Source of the DNA: Chiloscyllium plagiosum
Lineage: Eukaryota
Assembly: GCF_004010195.1 (NCBI RefSeq)
Contig: NC_057718.1
Coordinates: 27,073,631-27,114,902 of the forward strand
Length of the DNA stretch: 41,272 nucleotides
Direction of reading: 5' to 3'
Below the pieces are notes generated by a model. It saw only the letters and a program-made list of their open reading frames with translations, made no database searches and was not told the origin of the DNA. Every line of letters begins with the position of its first letter. Within the stretch, counting starts at the first letter, position 1. Shown here piece by piece: positions 36,826 through 41,272 of the stretch. The position numbers and the translations under genes are program-made.

Positions 36826-37545
36826 CGGACTCCCGGCCTCAGCGTGGACTGGTCTCCCAGCATCAGCATGGACCCAGACTCCCGGCCTCAGCGGGGACCC
36901 AGACTCCCGGCCTCAGTGTGGGACCCGGATTCCCGGCCTCAGCGTGGGACCCGGACTCCTGGCCTCAGAGTGGACCCGGGCTCCCGGCCTCAGCAGGGAC
37001 CCAGACTCCTGGACTCAGTGTGGGACCTGGACTCCCGGACTCAGCGTGGATCCCGGACTCCCGGCCTCAGCGTGGATCCCGGACTCCACGTGGATCCCGG
37101 ACACCCGGCCTCAGCGTGGATCCCGGACACCCGGCCTCAGTGTGGGACCCGGACTCCCGGCATCAGCGTGGATCCTGGACTTCTGATCTCAGCATGGGAC
37201 CCGGACCCCCGGCCTCAGCGTGCGACCCAGACTTCCGATCTCAGTGTGGGACCCGGACTTCGGATCTCAGCGTGGGACCCGGACTCTCGGCCTCAGCGTG
37301 GATCCCGGACTCCCGGCCTCAGCGTGGATCCCGGACTCAGCGTGGATCCCGGACTCCCGGCCTCAGCGTGGATCCCGGACTCCCGGCCTCAGCGTGGGAC
37401 CCGGACTCCCGGCCTCAGCGTGGGACCCGGACTCCTGGCCTCAGCGTGGACCCAGACTCCTGATCTTAGTGTGGGACCCAGACTCCAGGCCTCAGCGTGG
37501 GACCCAGACTCCTGATCTCAATGTGGACCCAGCATTTCAGGCCTC
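36826..37545 (+). repeat. GC/CpG-rich minisatellite, 26-bp unit ggactcccggcctcagcgtgg(ga/at)ccc, roughly 28 units with 25- and 18-bp variants
   Basis: Direct reading; contiguous units with no spacers. Confidence 0.97.
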
Positions 37546-37580
37546 GAGGCGAAGCCTGGTGCAGTCTGGGTTGGAATTGT

Positions 37581-37787
37581 ATGGAATGAGCTGCCAGAGG
37601 AGGTGGTGGAGGCTGGTACAATTACAACATTTAAAAGGCATCTGGACGGGTATATGAATAGGAAGGATTTAGAGCAACATGGGCCACATGCTGCCAAATA
37701 GGACTGGATTAGTTGAGGACATCTGGTCAGCATGGATGAGTTAGACCAAAGCATCTGTTTCCGTGCTGTACATCTCTATGACTCAAT
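37581..37787 (+). mobile_element. Short CR1/HER1 3' end insertion with TSD aattgt
   Basis: Matches 22408-22612; aattgt at 37575-37580 and 37788-37793. Confidence 0.9.
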
Positions 37788-38970
37788 AATTGTTATTTTG
37801 AACTCTTATTTCTCTACTCTTCTAATTTATTGCTGGACCTTTTAATTCCTTTATTTTCCTAATATTTTCCCCTAAGAATTTGCATTTAAGAATTTATATC
37901 TAGGTACCTAAGATGGCGCAGGAAGCGGCAACTTGTAAAATATTCACTGTACCCATGTGACTACATATAACACTAAAGCTAATTCTTGTATTCTTGCCTG
38001 TCATGGCAGCAATTTCTATTATTGTATGTGTAGAAACTTCAGCCTTGACTGGTCCAACTCTGATTTTCATGACACCACCTGCACCCTTCTACACTGAAAT
38101 GCAAAATAGTTCTTCTCTATCTACCACATCTGTTTCATTTAATAGCTGGAATATATCAATCAACTCACCCCTTCACTTTCTAACTTCCAGGAATACAATC
38201 CTAGTTTGTGTAATCTTCCTTCAAAATTTACAATCCTTAAGTGCAGGAATCATTCTGATAAATCCAGGCTATATTCCTTCAAAGGCCAGTATATACTTCT
38301 CAAGGTGTGGCACCTGCTTACAGTGCTCTAGCTTTAGTTTGACAAATGCTTTATGAAGCATAGTCCCATGTGTTCCAGCCTTTAAAACTTCACTTACTCT
38401 ATCTATTCATGATGTTTCAATGATTTTCACCCTTGTGTCCCTAAGTTTTCTTCGATATCCACTATTTATAGTTTTTCACTATTTAGAAAGAGCCTTCTTC
38501 TGTCCTTTTTAAGCCTAAAGTAGAATATCTTACATTGGGCCACACTGAAATCCATTTGCAACAGTTACATCCATTTTCTTAACCTACGAGTATCTCTTTT
38601 AAAATTACAATCCCACTTGGATTACTTAAAATGCCACCTGTCCATAAATTTTGATAGATAGCTTTCTATCCCATAATTTAAGTTGTTAATAAATGTAGTG
38701 AATAAATTAGGCCCCAACACAATCCGTGGGACATCACAGGTCATATTCAATGTATTAGAGCACCTGTTCATTATCACAATTCCTATCTCCGACTGCTCAG
38801 TTAATTTCTTAACCATGTCAAAAGTCTTGCTTCACTTCCCTGGGTTTCAGCTTTAGTTAACAGTTTCTATTAAGAGACTTTGTAAAATGCCATCTGGAGG
38901 AACATATAAATAACATCCATTGACATAAGTCTGTCAACTGTTTAACCACCTCTTTAAAAAAATGCAAACA

Positions 38971-39036
38971 ATTAGATTAGATTAGATTAGATTACATTAC
39001 AGTGTGGAAACAGGCCCTTCGGCCACCGTGCCGCCC
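38971..39036 (-). mobile_element. Mini HE1 SINE: head fused directly to tail
   Basis: Reverse complement gggcggcacggtggc+cgaagggcctgtttccacactgtaatgtaat(ctaat)n. Confidence 0.9.
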
Positions 39037-40639
39037 AATTCTTCAGGCATGTCCCACCTTTTACAAATGAACTGCAACATCACAGAGGCAATTCATGATC
39101 ACCTTCTCAAGGGCAATTAGGGATAGGAAATAAATGCTGGCCCAACCAGTGACAACTACATCCCATTAGAAATGCCTCTCTCTCTCTTTCTCTCTGCAAC
39201 CTAGAATCTCCAACTTCTAGCCTTCTGTGACTATCTTGTAAATGTTGAATCCCAAGTCCATGTACATTCTTTTGCAACGCTCTTGTTTAATTCTCACTAA
39301 TGCATACCATTGTGGCCTTGACCCAAATCAGCAAGACTGTGCGACTGTGCTGCTTTCTCTCATTTCATCCTTTTATCCACCTGGCTAGCCTCCCATCTTC
39401 TACCATCCAAATTGAAGTTAATCCAGAACAATGCTGCCAGTATCAAATCCTTACTCTTTCCCACTTCCCTATCACTCCAATCCTTACTGAGCTAACTTAG
39501 TTCTCAGTTCTCCAGTAACACAAATTTAAAATTCTCATCTTTCTGTTTCCCTGAACTTTGTTCAAATTCTTGCCATAACCGAGAGAAGCTCGACAGTCCT
39601 TCACTAGTCCCCACAAACAAACTTTTTTGTCTTCTGAATCTGCTCTCTTGGACATCTGAATTCACTTTACCAGAATTCTCCATCTTCTGATTCATCGTGC
39701 AGCCGATCTCTTTCTTCACCAGGGATGCAATCCCACTCACGTGACCTGTAATGAGGTGGATAATTGGAAAAAACGTTGTTATATTTTGTAGGAATGAAAT
39801 GGGAGCAAAACACATCAGCTTTCATTACAAGATTCATAATTTGCCCAGCTGCCAATATGGTTTTGTTGTGTGTTTGACCCTTAAACTCTTGCTAACAATG
39901 TAGGTGATGGTGGAGTCCTACATGTAATTTACTCATATGATTTATACATAATGCACTATTTTTTTAAAGGGCCAGAGTTTTCTTTTTTTGATTGCACAGT
40001 ATTAGAAAAAGTGGTGGAAAATATATGTCTTTTCATTCATATGTTACATCAAAACCCAAGCCCCTGTCACAATTCAGACACCCATTTTGCATCTGGAGGA
40101 AGGAAAAGTAAATTGAGCCACTCAGGGAACCTCAGGGTGAGAAACTAATAGATTAACAACAGTTCACTTTGATGTTTAATGAAATAAGAGATTTTGTACA
40201 TGTTTGTTGTAGTTCATTATTCATAAAGTCATACAGGAAATTACACACCAGTTTCATACCAACAATCAGTATTTACTTCTGTCATAATCATACACAGACA
40301 GAGTTTTGAGCTATATTGATGTTCTAGGATACTTTTCAATATAGTAACTGAAGTTCTGAGATTGATGGTCGCTCTGATAACCCCCGCATGTATTAATGTC
40401 TCCAATGCAGCTCAGGCTGTCTCCTCAAAATTAGCTTTTCTTGATGAAAAAGTTATGAAACAACCAAAGAGCCAACTACCATGTGTACACAGGAGCTCCC
40501 CCCTCCTGACCTGATAATGCAATATCATTGACTTCAGGAGCATGCTTCATGGACATGATAGCTGCTCTGATAAAAGTATATTCTTTGCCATATTCTTCTG
40601 TCGCTGTTAAATGAGTTATAGTGAGCCATTAAATTCTTT

Positions 40640-40775
40640 AATTCATTCATGAGATTTGAATATTTATTGCCCATCCTCAATTACCCTTGAGAAGGTGGTG
40701 GTGAGCTGCCTTCTTGAACTGGTATAGTCTATGTGGTGATAATTACTATGCTGTTACGAAAGGAGTTTCAGGATC
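40640..40775 (-). mobile_element. 3' tail of the second LINE/SINE family
   Basis: attcattcatg...tttattgcccatcc...cccttgagaaggtggtggtgagctgccttcttgaac. Confidence 0.75.
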
Positions 40776-41272
40776 GATATAGGAAGAGTAAAGGTTGAGA
40801 TTCTGAAGGGAGATTACAGAGAGTTAGGCAGAAATTTAAAAAGGAGGTCCTCAAGGGTAGTAATATCTGGATTACTCCCAGTTCTACGAGCTAGTGAGGG
40901 CAGGAATATGAGGATAGAGCAGATGAATGCATGGCTGAGGAGCTGGTGTATGGGAGAAGGATTCACATTTTTGGATCATTGGAATCTCTTTTGGGGTAGA
41001 AGTGACCTGTACAAGAAGGACAGATTGCACCTAAATTGGAAGGGGACAAATATACGGAGATAGTGAGGAAAGAGATTAATCTGAGACGGGTACAGCTGAG
41101 AACAGAAGTGAGTCGACCAGAAGTGAGTTAAACTGTCAGGGCAGGCAGGGACAAGGTAGGACTAATAAATTAAACTGCATTTATTTCAATGCAAGGGGCC
41201 TAACAGGGAAGGCAGATTGGACTCAGGGCATGGTTAGCAACATGGGACTGGGATATCATAGCAATTACGGAA
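40776..41272 (+). mobile_element. CR1-type LINE ORF1 esterase C-terminus and ORF2 endonuclease start (runs off the window end)
   Basis: RVVISGLLPV...MNAWLRSWC...DLYKKDRLHLN (SGNH block V), then LNCIYFNARGL...WDWDIIAITE. Confidence 0.9.

Larger units (their letters stand above)
36690..39052 (-). mobile_element. Old CR1-type LINE hosting the VNTR element and the mini-SINE
   Basis: 3' region at 36690-36825 resumes near 38000; RT remnant CDVPRIVLGPNLFTTFINNL at 38690-38740. Confidence 0.7.

Noticed and set aside
36821..37657. Long ORFs in all three + frames; CRISPR-like periodicity
   Set aside because: The 26-bp unit lacks stops and cycles through frames. There are no unique spacers or cas genes, and the DNA is vertebrate intron.

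Overview
Eukaryotic, repeat-rich genomic DNA from a cartilaginous fish. HE1/V-SINEs and HER1/CR1-type LINEs point to a shark; the exact species cannot be read from the sequence. The window is an internal part of the + strand gene TP53BP2 (ASPP2). Six coding exons with canonical AG/GT sites and consistent phases (2719-2877, 5400-5551, 16114-16549, 18529-19340, 29335-29472, 30631-30764) encode the proline-rich region, PPxY motif, RVKF PP1-docking motif and first ankyrin repeats. The start of the gene and the later ankyrin/SH3 exons were not found. The introns hold decayed CR1 LINEs, HE1 V-SINEs, a tRNA-headed SINE with an apparent partner LINE, a MITE, an LTR-like insert and a 500-N gap. The most interesting items are: three families of Penelope-like elements with minimal hammerhead-ribozyme motifs, one as a 126-bp inverted pair; a GC-rich 26-bp VNTR composite retroposon; a 66-bp head-to-tail mini-SINE; and inverted SINEs flanking an in-frame, stop-free 1248-nt exon pair that could circularise. 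Family names come from recalled motifs, not database searches.
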